This document shows positions 9,301 to 18,406 of a stretch of DNA of 63,004 nt, piece by piece. Every line of letters begins with the position of its first letter. Within the stretch, counting starts at the first letter, position 1. A program made the position numbers and the translations under genes. This DNA is from Chloroflexota bacterium (GTDB lineage Bacteria; Chloroflexota; Anaerolineae; UBA4142). Where the stretch lies: assembly GCA_016865935.1 (NCBI GenBank), contig VGOB01000002.1, forward strand, positions 1-63,004, read 5' to 3'. The notes below the pieces were generated by a model that saw nothing but the letters and a program-made list of their open reading frames with translations, did no database searches and had not been told where the DNA came from.

Positions 9301-11532
9301 TCATCTGAGAATCAAGGGCAAGAACAATCTGCCCGAAGCCGGCAGCGCGTGGCCACTCGGAACGGGACCTTTGATATTGTTCGCCTCGTTGTTGTTTTTC
9401 TCCATCACCAATCCGTAGGTATGACTGCAATCCAGTCCGTTCGCGTCCCAGCACGTGTCCACTTGCGCGTAATAGTTATGCGTGCCGGTCGTCGTGACGT
9501 AGCACTGGAACGTCAGATCCACGGATTGCCCTGCGCCCAGACCGTACAACTGAATGTATTGCACGCCTGGAATTTGCGTCCCAGTCCAGTCCATACAATT
9601 TCCTGCCGGATAAGCCGCCGTCGGTGCAGGGCTGGGGTCAATGTAGACGTCTACCCACACATAGTAACTGATGGCGGAGGGCGAAGCGCGCGGCACGACG
9701 AACGGTAGCGCGCTGCCGGATTTTGGACGCGCGGGCGCAGAGGAAAGAGCAAGCGGACGCGCCAACGGACTGGCGGGATTGTTGAAATTCTGCGTCCCGA
9801 TGTTGGACACGCGCACGACGATGGTCTGCGAGATTGGCGCGGTGCCGTTGGCGTTGGGCGTTCCAATGTCCACGACGGTGAAATCAATATTCGTCGGTGT
9901 TGGCGGCGGGTAGTAATTCACTTGGAACGCGTTCAGGATCGGAGAGTACGCGTTATTCTCCGTCGTATAGAGCGCGCGATATTGGAGCAGACTGAACGTC
10001 CGATCCGTCGTCGTGATCTGGAAGGTTTGGGTGAGGCCACTCGTGGGGGTTCCGGTATCCATATTCCCCAGCGTCGTCCAGCCCTTGCCCAAGAGCGCCG
10101 CCAGGTCATTCGCCGCGCGATATTGCATCGTCAACGTCATTCCGGTCGTGCGCGTCAGCGTCGCGTTGACTTTGAGATCGATGATCGCGCGATTGTTGGC
10201 GCGGTTAATCACGCGCGATTCGTATTTGCCCGCCGGCGCAAACGTCGAGCCGATGCCGGCGGTTCCACCGTGATAGACGGTGTTCTTGGGTTCGACGCCT
10301 CCGCCGCCGCTTGGACCGAATCCGCCGATGACGTAGATCTCGCCGATACTGCTGATCACGGAGGCGTGGTATTTGCGTCCTTCACCCAGTGGATTCGTCG
10401 TAATCCAGGGATACGCGAGTTGTCCTACTTTGCCCGGCGTCGAATCAATCAAGCCGGAGAGAACCGTGTTGGTGATCGCGGTGCCGCCACTACCACCCTG
10501 GTCGCCGCCAATCGTGAAAAGCACGCCGCCGGATTGAACGGCGGTATGTCCATAGCGCGATGCCGGCAAAGCGGAAGCCAATTGGTCGAAAGAACCTAAT
10601 GCCCCGCCGCTCCCGAAATTAGCATAGTCAACTTGCGCTTGACCAGCCGGATCGAATTTGTTCTTAATGCCGCCGATGAGGTAGAGCCAATCGCCGTTGT
10701 TTTCGCTGTGCCAGATCGCGCTGGCGAACGCGCCGCGCGTAATCGGCGAGGGCGTGTCGGCAATCCAGTCGCCCAACGCGCCATTGGCTTGGATCGGCGC
10801 GCGGTAAATCGCGTTGCCCGGATTTCCACTAGTATCTGCTCCGGCGACTATGTACAAATAACCATTCCGCACGAACGCTTGATGCCAATACAATGGATCG
10901 CCGGGCGCTGGACTGGGTGGCAGTTCCGCGGGACTCCACGCGCCAGATGGCAATGCCCCGTTGAGATTGAGGGCTTTGTAGAGAATGGTCGAGGTGACGA
11001 TTAAATCGGTGGTGTATCCGCCGATGACGTATAGGTACCCGCCGCTGGCAGTCGTCGAGATGACGGCTTGGGTGGAGCCGAGTGGAATATCGAGCGGCGA
11101 GTGGGTGACGGTCTGCCAGCCGGGCGCGGTAATCGCACCGGTAATCGTCGTGGTGGCGGTGTAGATTTCGGCTTGCGGGGCGCCGAGGTTATCGAACCCG
11201 CCAATCGCGAAAATCGTTTCGCGTCCGTCCGGCGCGCGATAAATCGTCGCCGCCAATCCGACGCGCGTCGCGGGCAAGGTGTACGGATCGAGGTACCACG
11301 GTGAAGTGAGCCCCACCGGGATGAGTTGGACTTCGCCATCGCCGATGTTGCGGATGCCGGTATAGTAAAGCGCACCCTGCACAAAATCACTGACGGTTGT
11401 TTCGGTGATGGAGCAAACGCCATTGCACACTTCGCTTCCCGCCGAAAGATGGAAGGGCTGGAAGCACAAAACGATCAACGCGGCGAGAAGCAACGCGCTC
11501 CCGCCGAGCAAGAGCCGTTTTTGATTTCGCAT
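9301..11532 (-). CDS. Exported Kelch-repeat (beta-propeller) protein with C-terminal Ig/CARDB-like region
   Basis: Signal peptide; repeated IFAIGG, LYVIGG, LYIVAG, LYLIGG, LFTIGG, IYVIGG; ends E.NNNEANN...RLFLPLILR. Confidence 0.75.
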   Translation of the reverse strand: MRNQKRLLLGGSALLLAALIVLCFQPFHLSAGSEVCNGVCSITETTVSDFVQGALYYTGIRNIGDGEVQLIPVGLTSPWYLDPYTLPATRVGLAATIYRAPDGRETIFAIGGFDNLGAPQAEIYTATTTITGAITAPGWQTVTHSPLDIPLGSTQAVISTTASGGYLYVIGGYTTDLIVTSTILYKALNLNGALPSGAWSPAELPPSPAPGDPLYWHQAFVRNGYLYIVAGADTSGNPGNAIYRAPIQANGALGDWIADTPSPITRGAFASAIWHSENNGDWLYLIGGIKNKFDPAGQAQVDYANFGSGGALGSFDQLASALPASRYGHTAVQSGGVLFTIGGDQGGSGGTAITNTVLSGLIDSTPGKVGQLAYPWITTNPLGEGRKYHASVISSIGEIYVIGGFGPSGGGGVEPKNTVYHGGTAGIGSTFAPAGKYESRVINRANNRAIIDLKVNATLTRTTGMTLTMQYRAANDLAALLGKGWTTLGNMDTGTPTSGLTQTFQITTTDRTFSLLQYRALYTTENNAYSPILNAFQVNYYPPPTPTNIDFTVVDIGTPNANGTAPISQTIVVRVSNIGTQNFNNPASPLARPLALSSAPARPKSGSALPFVVPRASPSAISYYVWVDVYIDPSPAPTAAYPAGNCMDWTGTQIPGVQYIQLYGLGAGQSVDLTFQCYVTTTGTHNYYAQVDTCWDANGLDCSHTYGLVMEKNNNEANNIKGPVPSGHALPASGRLFLPLILR

Positions 11533-11577
11533 TTGAACGAGTGTGAGATATTGCGGCTGCTGACTTTAATTAGGCAA

Positions 11578-11623
11578 CGAGTGACTAGCCAACCCGGCGC
11601 GCGCCGGGCTGACTAGTCACTCG
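11578..11623. other. Strong intergenic hairpin between tadG and the Kelch gene
   Basis: CGAGTGACTAG...CTAGTCACTCG arms around a CCCGGCGCGCGCCGGG core; terminator or processing signal. Confidence 0.6.
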
Positions 11624-11644
11624 CTCACATCAGCCGCCCCAATG

Positions 11645-13885
11645 CTAGTTGCCACACGATGGTGTGGTACCGGTTTTGAGGAACAGGTCGGTGCGATAGG
11701 TGCCGCTGGCGATGCCAACGGTCACCGTCGGGCTGGAGCCGAGTGCGGGACCACCCAAACCATCGGTGAAGACGTTGTACGTGATCCCGTTGATCGTCAC
11801 GCTGGCGGAAACGATCGTATACGTGCCGTCTACCAGATCAGCGCCGGTCAGAACGAACTCGCCGTTGGAGGTGGTGGTCACCGTGCGCGTCGTGCCATTC
11901 GGATAGCGCACCGTCACCAGCGCGCCCGAGGCAAACGCTTCCGATGTAATGATCTGGCAAGTCTCGGTCCCGATTTGCTGGACGCGCTGCGAGATTTGCT
12001 GATAGATAGTCGCCATCGTCGCCGCGTCGGTCGCGCGGAAATAGTACGGCTTGGCAGGATCGGTGGCGGGGGTCGCGATCGCTTGCAAGAGCGCCGGGTT
12101 GAAATCGGTGCCGATGGCGATCGTGAAGATGAGCGTGTCCGGCTTGTAATCGGCTGGATTCGTATCCCCCTTGGCGATGTTGGCTTGATCCAGCGCGTCT
12201 TGTTCGGCGGGTTGGTTGCAGGTGGGCGCCGTGCCGCGCCCATCATAGCCGGTGATGTGTCCGTTCAAGCGAACATTCGTCATTCCATCGGAGGCGAAGA
12301 TGATCACAGCGACGGCATTGGGGTTGCGACCGCTCCCCAACACCGTTTCGCGACCTCTTTTCAAGCCGCCGGCAATCGGCGTGTAGCCGCTCGCGCTCAA
12401 CCCGTCGATCATAGTTCTGATACTGCTTGAACCGGTGCCGGTGATATTAGGTGAAGAAACCAATCCCGACCTGACGCGACCCCAGTAGTGGGATGAGGTC
12501 GAACCTCCGGATTCGCAGTTGTAACTATAGGAGCCGTCGTTGACATCTGGTGAGTAGGCAGTGGTGGTGGGATAGGTGACCAGAGCCGCCTTGTCGCCCA
12601 AGTCCGGACGCAGATTGCTGTTGAACGATTTCAACGCGTTCTTCGCGCTGGTCAACTTGGTGGTGGTATTGCCGCCGCCCCACTGGTCGCCCATACTGCC
12701 GGAGATGTCAATGACGTTGACCACATCCACCGGCACGTGTGCGGTTGTGGCGGTCGTTTGCGTCAGCGTCAACTTTTGCAGTTTGATCGAGCCGACGAGC
12801 GCGCGCTGGGTGCTGATCGGCGGGCGCACTTTGACGCTCCCCACGCCAAAGTTCGTGCAACCGCCTTCCGCCACTGGGTCTACCCATCTTTGGAATTTGG
12901 CGACGATGTACTTGTCTGTTGCAGTAAAAGTATAACTGATGATGTGGAGACGCGCAAAGCCGATGATGCGATAATTGGCATTGCCGGAGGAACTACTTCC
13001 AGCAAATTGATCGTAGACCGGGACGACTACCACTGAGGGTTTACTGCCGCTGACGCGGCTTGCCAGCGCGGCTTGAATGTTAGTGCCTGCCGTAACACGG
13101 GTATCGGCTTTGAGCGTTTCGCTGACTGTCCATTTTCCACTCACGCCGCTTTCGGTATTATTCATATCGCTGGCGACACTCGCATCGGTGAGCGAGGTCG
13201 CGCCGCGCCAGGCGACCCAACCAAAATTCGAACTACTGCCGAAGACCGCGGCGTCGCTCGTCCGTTGGTACAAAGTGTACGTCTGGGTCGGGTAGTCCTC
13301 TTCATAGCGGACGGTCTTAACTCCAGTGTCCACATCAATTGGAAAGGTGCGTGTGTCAATTGCGATAGGAAATAGTCCGCTGCCGGTACACGCGCCTCCG
13401 GCGGCGTATGCCGCGCTGGCGCCGCCCGCCGGCATCTGCTTCACGCCGACGACTCCAGCAAAGTATGTGGGGAAGATTTTATTCCCTTCGACCTGAACGC
13501 CGACGATGGGCAGTGGTGTGGCGCCGCCGTAATTGATCGTGGTGCGGGTCTCACCAAGGTACGAGGCAATCGTGTTGTCGCGCGCGACAAGATTGTTTCT
13601 GCTCGCGTCCTGAACGACGTAGTACGCCAGCACATCGCTTGGATTGACGCCGTTCGCGCTGACGAATTTCACGATGGCGGCGTTGATCTGATCGCTGTTC
13701 TTGCCTTGCGCGAACGCGAGCGCGCCGGCTTGCGCGCCGGAATCCATCGCGTTCTGGATTTGGCGCCGCTGGACGTACGCGTTGCCGGCGTCAACGACCA
13801 GCGCCAACAACGCGACCAGCGCGACGAGCGCGAACGCGATGATCAAGACCGATTGACCGGTTTGTTGTTTGTACGAGTTTTGCAT
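11645..13885 (-). CDS. tadG: TadG-like minor pilin/adhesin with von Willebrand A domain
   Basis: GGAGG RBS; GQSVLIIAF pilin-like N-terminus, VVDAGNAY..RRQIQNAMDSGAQAGA; MIDAS DISGSM, TPIAGGL, IIFASDG. Confidence 0.85.
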   Translation of the reverse strand: MQNSYKQQTGQSVLIIAFALVALVALLALVVDAGNAYVQRRQIQNAMDSGAQAGALAFAQGKNSDQINAAIVKFVSANGVNPSDVLAYYVVQDASRNNLVARDNTIASYLGETRTTINYGGATPLPIVGVQVEGNKIFPTYFAGVVGVKQMPAGGASAAYAAGGACTGSGLFPIAIDTRTFPIDVDTGVKTVRYEEDYPTQTYTLYQRTSDAAVFGSSSNFGWVAWRGATSLTDASVASDMNNTESGVSGKWTVSETLKADTRVTAGTNIQAALASRVSGSKPSVVVVPVYDQFAGSSSSGNANYRIIGFARLHIISYTFTATDKYIVAKFQRWVDPVAEGGCTNFGVGSVKVRPPISTQRALVGSIKLQKLTLTQTTATTAHVPVDVVNVIDISGSMGDQWGGGNTTTKLTSAKNALKSFNSNLRPDLGDKAALVTYPTTTAYSPDVNDGSYSYNCESGGSTSSHYWGRVRSGLVSSPNITGTGSSSIRTMIDGLSASGYTPIAGGLKRGRETVLGSGRNPNAVAVIIFASDGMTNVRLNGHITGYDGRGTAPTCNQPAEQDALDQANIAKGDTNPADYKPDTLIFTIAIGTDFNPALLQAIATPATDPAKPYYFRATDAATMATIYQQISQRVQQIGTETCQIITSEAFASGALVTVRYPNGTTRTVTTTSNGEFVLTGADLVDGTYTIVSASVTINGITYNVFTDGLGGPALGSSPTVTVGIASGTYRTDLFLKTGTTPSCGN

Positions 13886-13908
13886 TGTGCTACCTCCTTG
13901 AGGAAGAA

Positions 13909-14385
13909 TCATTCAATTGTCATAACCGATTGGGCTTGGATTTGGATCGTGCCGAAACGAATCGCGCTTCCTTGAACTGGAATCGTGACGGTTGGGAGCG
14001 GCACGAAATATGCCGCCGAGACAGAGACTTGCGCGCCGGTCACCCACTGCGCGGTGGGTGGTTCGACGAGGACCGTCATCCCCCCCACCGCCGCGCATCC
14101 GGTACCCGTGCTGCCCCAGAGCGTGAACGTTTTCTGGCGAACCAGCGTACAAATGTCGGCGATGCTCGTGAGTTTGTTGCCGTTGTTGAGCCGGGGCGTG
14201 TCGCAGTTGAGTGAGGGGCAATGGACGACGGCGCTGGCGCCTTCGCGCACGGCGAGATGCAACGTGACGTACGAATAAAATAGAATGGCAAACAACATTA
14301 GCCCGATCAGGACGCCGAGAAAGATCGGGAAGACAAAAGCAAATTCGATTAACGATTGACCGGATTCTCTTTTTCGGAACTTCAT
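13909..14385 (-). CDS. tadE: TadE-like minor pilin
   Basis: GQSLIEFAFVFP and AVREGA motifs. Confidence 0.87.
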   Translation of the reverse strand: MKFRKRESGQSLIEFAFVFPIFLGVLIGLMLFAILFYSYVTLHLAVREGASAVVHCPSLNCDTPRLNNGNKLTSIADICTLVRQKTFTLWGSTGTGCAAVGGMTVLVEPPTAQWVTGAQVSVSAAYFVPLPTVTIPVQGSAIRFGTIQIQAQSVMTIE

Positions 14386-14393
14386 TCGCGTTG

Positions 14394-15077
14394 CTAACGG
14401 ATTGGCATTGAATAAGTATAACGGATTTGATAATAATTAGGTAGTCCCATTCGCCAGCCCGTAGCCCAATCCACGTTGCCCATCACGGCAAAGAACCAGT
14501 TCGTCCATTGGGCTGGCGTGGCGCCCGAACCGGGCATCGCCGGAGTGCCGCTCCGCGCGCGCGGCACCGGCAACGACATATCGCTGGTAAACGTTTTGAG
14601 GTTGAACGTCACGGTGACGGTGATAAAGCACCCCGGCTCTTTTCCGGTTATACAACTACTGCCTGAACTGCCGGGCGCCACGATGGGACGACTGACCGTT
14701 AGCGTATCGGTCATCAAGATTTGTCCGGCGCGCAACGGTTCGCCGATCACCACGACAATATCGTCGTTCACGCGCTTGACGTATTCCCGCCAGAGCGTAC
14801 TCCCTGCGCCAAACGTTTGGCTATCTTTCGGGCCGACGCAGGACGGATTGGGTGTCGCGCCGCACGTGGTATGCGCCAGATCGGGATACATCGTCGCAAA
14901 GACTGCGCCCTCGCGCGTCGCGTTGACCAAGGACAAGTACGAGGCAAAGACGATGCCCATTTCCAGCAGCGCAAAGATAATGAGCAACAAAAACGGAAGC
15001 GCAACTGCCACCTCAAGCATACTCTGCCCCGAGGTGGTTCTTATTCCGCTCTTGTGCTTTTGTTTAATCCGTCGCAT
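14394..15077 (-). CDS. tadE: TadE-like minor pilin
   Basis: GQSMLEVAVALP and NATREGAVFA motifs. Confidence 0.85.
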   Translation of the reverse strand: MRRIKQKHKSGIRTTSGQSMLEVAVALPFLLLIIFALLEMGIVFASYLSLVNATREGAVFATMYPDLAHTTCGATPNPSCVGPKDSQTFGAGSTLWREYVKRVNDDIVVVIGEPLRAGQILMTDTLTVSRPIVAPGSSGSSCITGKEPGCFITVTVTFNLKTFTSDMSLPVPRARSGTPAMPGSGATPAQWTNWFFAVMGNVDWATGWRMGLPNYYQIRYTYSMPIR

Positions 15078-15128
15078 CCGAACACTCGTAGCCGGTCGAG
15101 TAATCAGTTTCCAAATACTCCAGATACC

Positions 15129-15164
15129 GAAACAAGGGGGTTAAGCAAATTTTCTTAACCCCCT
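15129..15164 (-). terminator. Terminator/attenuator between flp and the minor pilin genes
   Basis: AGGGGGTTAAG/CTTAACCCCCT perfect 11-bp stem followed by TGTTTC on the minus strand. Confidence 0.7.
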
Positions 15165-15262
15165 CGTAATGTCATAATGATCGAAAATTGGCGATCGAAT
15201 AGATGTTGGCGTGGACTCCATCTTGGATGGAGCCCAGTACTGGCTAGGTTGTGTTGCGGGGA

Positions 15263-15415
15263 TTAGGTGCCCGTCAAGCCACTGGTGACCTTGGAGAAAA
15301 TGTTGGCGATCTGCGGACCCAACAAAGCCAAAATCGCGATCACGACGATAGCCACCAAAACGAGAATCAACGCGTACTCAACCAAGCCCTGACCTTCTTC
15401 ACGTGGGAGATACAT
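15263..15415 (-). CDS. flp: Flp family major pilin
   Basis: AAAGGAGGTG RBS; MYLPREEG^QGLVEYALILVLVAIVVI Flp motif. Confidence 0.95.
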   Translation of the reverse strand: MYLPREEGQGLVEYALILVLVAIVVIAILALLGPQIANIFSKVTSGLTGT

Positions 15416-15525
15416 TTGTTTCACCTCCTTTCTGTAGTTGATTTTCACTTCTATCTGCGTCCATTATCCGCGAATGCGCCAAAAGCGCAATAGGAGAGCA
15501 GTACTGTGATTGCTTTGATGTTCAC

Positions 15526-15590
15526 AGTATACCACATTTTTGGCGCAAGTGCATAAAGAAGTGTTACGGTTTGATAACAGTTGCGTAACA
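15526..15590 (-). promoter_or_regulatory. flp promoter (extended -10) with upstream inverted repeat
   Basis: TGGTATACT at 15526-15534 with no good -35; TGTTACG (15562-68) and CGTAACA (15584-90) inverted repeat. Confidence 0.5.
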
Positions 15591-15600
15591 TTCTCCACTG

Positions 15601-15656
15601 GGGTGATTGGGCAATTGGGTGATTGAGATTGGGCAATTGGGTGATTAGGTGATTGA
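15601..15656. repeat. Octamer array (GGTGATTG/GGCAATTG)
   Basis: gggtgattgggcaattgggtgattg...gggcaattgggtgattaggtgattg. Confidence 0.75.
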
Positions 15657-15669
15657 CTGTCCCACTGTC

Positions 15670-16725
15670 TCACGCCAGCGGCAACTCGACGCGAACCTTG
15701 GTGCCGCGCCCGGTACCGCTCTGAAATTGGATGCGCCCGCGCAACATCTGAATCCGCTTTTCCAGATTTGCCAAACCCGAACTGCCGCGCTGGTGCGCCG
15801 CCGCCAAGACCGATTCCACGTCAAAACCACTCCCGTCGTCTTCGACGGTGACGACGGCGCGATCGTGTTGCAGTTCGAGCGCGACTTGCACGTGTGACGC
15901 GTGCGCGTGCCGCGCCACGTTGTTCATCAGTTCTTGCACCGAGCGAAAGAGCGCCACTTCGAGATGCGCCGGCAACGCCGTCTCACCCTGGGTCGTCAAG
16001 TGCGTGGAAATGTGATGCTTGCTCTCGAACGTCTGCCCGTAGCGTTTCAACGTCGGAATCAAGCCGAGATCGTCCAACATCATCGGGCGCAAATCGAAAA
16101 TGAAATCGCGGATGCGCTGAAACGTGGAATTGGCGGCGGCTTTGAGATTGCTCAATTCGGCGTGCGCCTTGGCGGGATCGGTGTCAAACAGCCGCTCGAC
16201 GATTTCCGCTTGCAAGATCAAATTCGTCAGCGATTGTGCGGGCCCATCGTGCATTTGCCGCGAGAGATGCTGGCGTTCCAGTTCCTGCGCTTCGACGATT
16301 TGGATGATTGATTGTTGATCGATGCCGCGCGGCGCGTTGCCGCTCAACAGCACGGAGGAGGACGCTTCCGCCAACTGCCGCGCCATCGTGCCGACGCGAT
16401 CCAATTGACCGCGATAGCGCTGCATCACGCGCTGCTTGTTTTGCAGTTGCTCCAACTGTCCGCGCATCATAAACAGACGCAACTGCGCGTCTTGCGAGTT
16501 GAGGTACGCGCTCTTGATGTCCTCGCGCGAGTACGCTTCCAGGTTCGCGTCCAATTGGCGCAAGCGCGCCGCCACTTCGGTTTGGCGTTGCTGCAACTTG
16601 TCTATTTCACCGGTCGTCTGCTTGATCAGAATGTCAATTTCGCGCGCTTCGCTTTCCAACTGCGCGCGCTCTTTTTCCGCTTCGTCCGCCATTTGAGCCG
16701 GATTGGGAATCGCTCGAGTAGGCAT
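15670..16725 (-). CDS. DegS-like cytoplasmic sensor histidine kinase (HisKA_3)
   Basis: Coiled-coil N-terminus YSREDIKSAY...QLRLFMMR, EAQELERQHLSRQMHDGPAQ, DLRPMMLDDLGLIPTL, EDDGSGF; closely resembles recalled B. subtilis DegS motifs. Confidence 0.88.
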   Translation of the reverse strand: MPTRAIPNPAQMADEAEKERAQLESEAREIDILIKQTTGEIDKLQQRQTEVAARLRQLDANLEAYSREDIKSAYLNSQDAQLRLFMMRGQLEQLQNKQRVMQRYRGQLDRVGTMARQLAEASSSVLLSGNAPRGIDQQSIIQIVEAQELERQHLSRQMHDGPAQSLTNLILQAEIVERLFDTDPAKAHAELSNLKAAANSTFQRIRDFIFDLRPMMLDDLGLIPTLKRYGQTFESKHHISTHLTTQGETALPAHLEVALFRSVQELMNNVARHAHASHVQVALELQHDRAVVTVEDDGSGFDVESVLAAAHQRGSSGLANLEKRIQMLRGRIQFQSGTGRGTKVRVELPLA

Positions 16726-16754
16726 AATTTCAACCTCTTGGGTTTATGCTAGGT

Positions 16755-16842
16755 TGTCATTGCGCGGAGGCGGTCTTTGCCGACGAAGCGCTCCCCACCT
16801 CGCGGGGTGGCGATTGCTGCGCGAAAACCGCGCGCAATGACA
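16755..16842. repeat. REP-like palindromic element, TGTCATTGCG...CGCAATGACA family
   Basis: 12-bp terminal inverted repeat; related copies at 37966-38120 and 56520-56603. Confidence 0.8.
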
Positions 16843-16846
16843 CGGG

Positions 16847-17569
16847 CTACGGCGTATCTTGTAAACGGATCCAGCCGCGCTTGAGCGCGTACACCGCCGC
16901 TTGGGTGCGATCGTTCACCGCCAATTTCCGCAGAATCGAAGTCATATGATTCTTCACGGTTTGACGGCTGATCCCCAATTGTTGCGCGACTTGTTTATTG
17001 CTCTGCCCGCGCGTGATGCACGTCAAAATTTCCATCTCGCGCGTCGAAAGGGGCTGAAACGCCAGTTCCGTTCCCTCGATGCCCGCCGTCGGCATTTGTT
17101 CGAATTGATTGAGCAGCCAGGTCGCGACCTGGGGCTTGGAGAGCACCGCGTCGTTCAGAACGTAATTGCCCTGATGCGCTTGGTGAATCGCGCGAATCAA
17201 TTCTTGCGGGTCCACGTCCTTGGGAAAATACGCCGAGCCGCCGGCGCGAATCGCGTGCAACATCTGCTCGTCGCCGTGATACGCGGTGAGGATGATCACC
17301 GCCACATCTTGCCGCGAACCGGTCAGTTCGCGCGTCGCTTGCAACCCGTTGAGATTCGGCAGGTTCACGTCCATCAAAATCACGTGCGGCTTGAGCGCGC
17401 GCGCCTGCGTCAAGGCGTCCTCGCCGTTCGCGGCTTCGCCGACGATTTCCAGATCGGGTTCCAATTCCAAGACGCGATGCAAGCCCGCGCGAAAAAGCGG
17501 ATGATCGTCCACGATCAGCACGCGAATCTTGGGCGACTTTTTTTTCTTGAGAGGGGTCAATTTTTTCAT
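16847..17569 (-). CDS. DegU-like NarL/LuxR family response regulator
   Basis: IVDDHPLFR, LMDVNLP, LSTREMEIL...TVKNHMTSILRKLAVNDRTQAAVYALKRGW. Confidence 0.92.
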   Translation of the reverse strand: MKKLTPLKKKKSPKIRVLIVDDHPLFRAGLHRVLELEPDLEIVGEAANGEDALTQARALKPHVILMDVNLPNLNGLQATRELTGSRQDVAVIILTAYHGDEQMLHAIRAGGSAYFPKDVDPQELIRAIHQAHQGNYVLNDAVLSKPQVATWLLNQFEQMPTAGIEGTELAFQPLSTREMEILTCITRGQSNKQVAQQLGISRQTVKNHMTSILRKLAVNDRTQAAVYALKRGWIRLQDTP

Positions 17570-17583
17570 CGAGTTCTCCTGCG

Positions 17584-18258
17584 TTACGCGATCGAGGGGG
17601 CGCGGTGCGGCACAGTCAGCACGACTTGAACCCCTTTGCCCGGTTCCGAAAATATTTGCAGTTCGCCGTTGAGCGATTCCGCGCGATCGCGCATCGCGAG
17701 CAGACCCAGGCGGCGTCCGGTCGGCGCGCCGCGCGATCGATCAAAGCCCTTGCCGTCGTCGCCGATCGTCACGCGAATTTGTTCCGGCGTCCGTTCCACG
17801 CGGACTTGGACGCGGCTGGCGCGCGCGTGCGCGCGCACATTATCCAACGCTTCCTGGATCACGCGAAAGATCGCGGTTTCCATCGTCGCCGGTAAACGCT
17901 GCGACAGCGCGTCCCAGCCGCTGAGGTGGATCGTCAGTTTGTTTTGACGCGCGAAATTTTCGACGTACTGTTTGACGCTCGCGCGCAAACCCAGCTCATC
18001 CAGCAACGGCGGTTGCAGTTCCGCGATGATGCCGCGCAAGTCGTCCGCGCCCGCGCCAAGTTCTTGCGCCAACGCCGTCAAACCCTCGCGCGCCAGGTGC
18101 GGCTGCGTCTGCATCAACCGCAAGCACGTTTCGATCTCCAGCGCGGCGTTCGCCAACAGATGCGCGGGCCCATCGTGCAAGCGCCGCGCGATCCGCCGCC
18201 GTTCTTCCTCTTGCGCCTGCACCAACAGCGCTCTGGACAACGTGATCGAGTCCGCCAT
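17584..18258 (-). CDS. Sensor-less HisKA_3 histidine kinase
   Basis: MADSITLSRALLVQAQEEERRRIARRLHDGPAH...QEALDNVRAHA...DDGKGF; start set at ATG 18258 because a promoter lies immediately upstream. Confidence 0.85.
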   Translation of the reverse strand: MADSITLSRALLVQAQEEERRRIARRLHDGPAHLLANAALEIETCLRLMQTQPHLAREGLTALAQELGAGADDLRGIIAELQPPLLDELGLRASVKQYVENFARQNKLTIHLSGWDALSQRLPATMETAIFRVIQEALDNVRAHARASRVQVRVERTPEQIRVTIGDDGKGFDRSRGAPTGRRLGLLAMRDRAESLNGELQIFSEPGKGVQVVLTVPHRAPSIA

Positions 18259-18266
18259 TTGCCCCA

Positions 18267-18295
18267 AGTATAACAAAAAAACCGATAGCGTGCAA
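18267..18295 (-). promoter_or_regulatory. sigma70 promoter of the kinase/regulator cluster (near-leaderless)
   Basis: TTGCAC-17 nt-TATACT with TG extension; 8 nt separate the -10 from the ATG. Confidence 0.65.
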
Positions 18296-18300
18296 GGTAG

Positions 18301-18348
18301 GTAGGGGCGACGCATTTTGGGTATCTCAGAAAAATGCTTCGCCCTTAC
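18301..18348. repeat. GTAG-type REP palindrome
   Basis: GTAGGGGCGACGCA...TGCTTCGCCCTTAC; related copies at 38966-39036 and 59454-59482. Confidence 0.75.
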
Positions 18349-18377
18349 TTGACACGCGTTTGCGAACCGGATAGAAT
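18349..18377 (+). promoter_or_regulatory. sigma70 promoter for the acyl-CoA dehydrogenase/etf cluster
   Basis: TTGACA-17 nt-TAGAAT. Confidence 0.75.
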
Positions 18378-18406
18378 GATCGCACACTTGGAGGAGGAAA
18401 TCGCAG

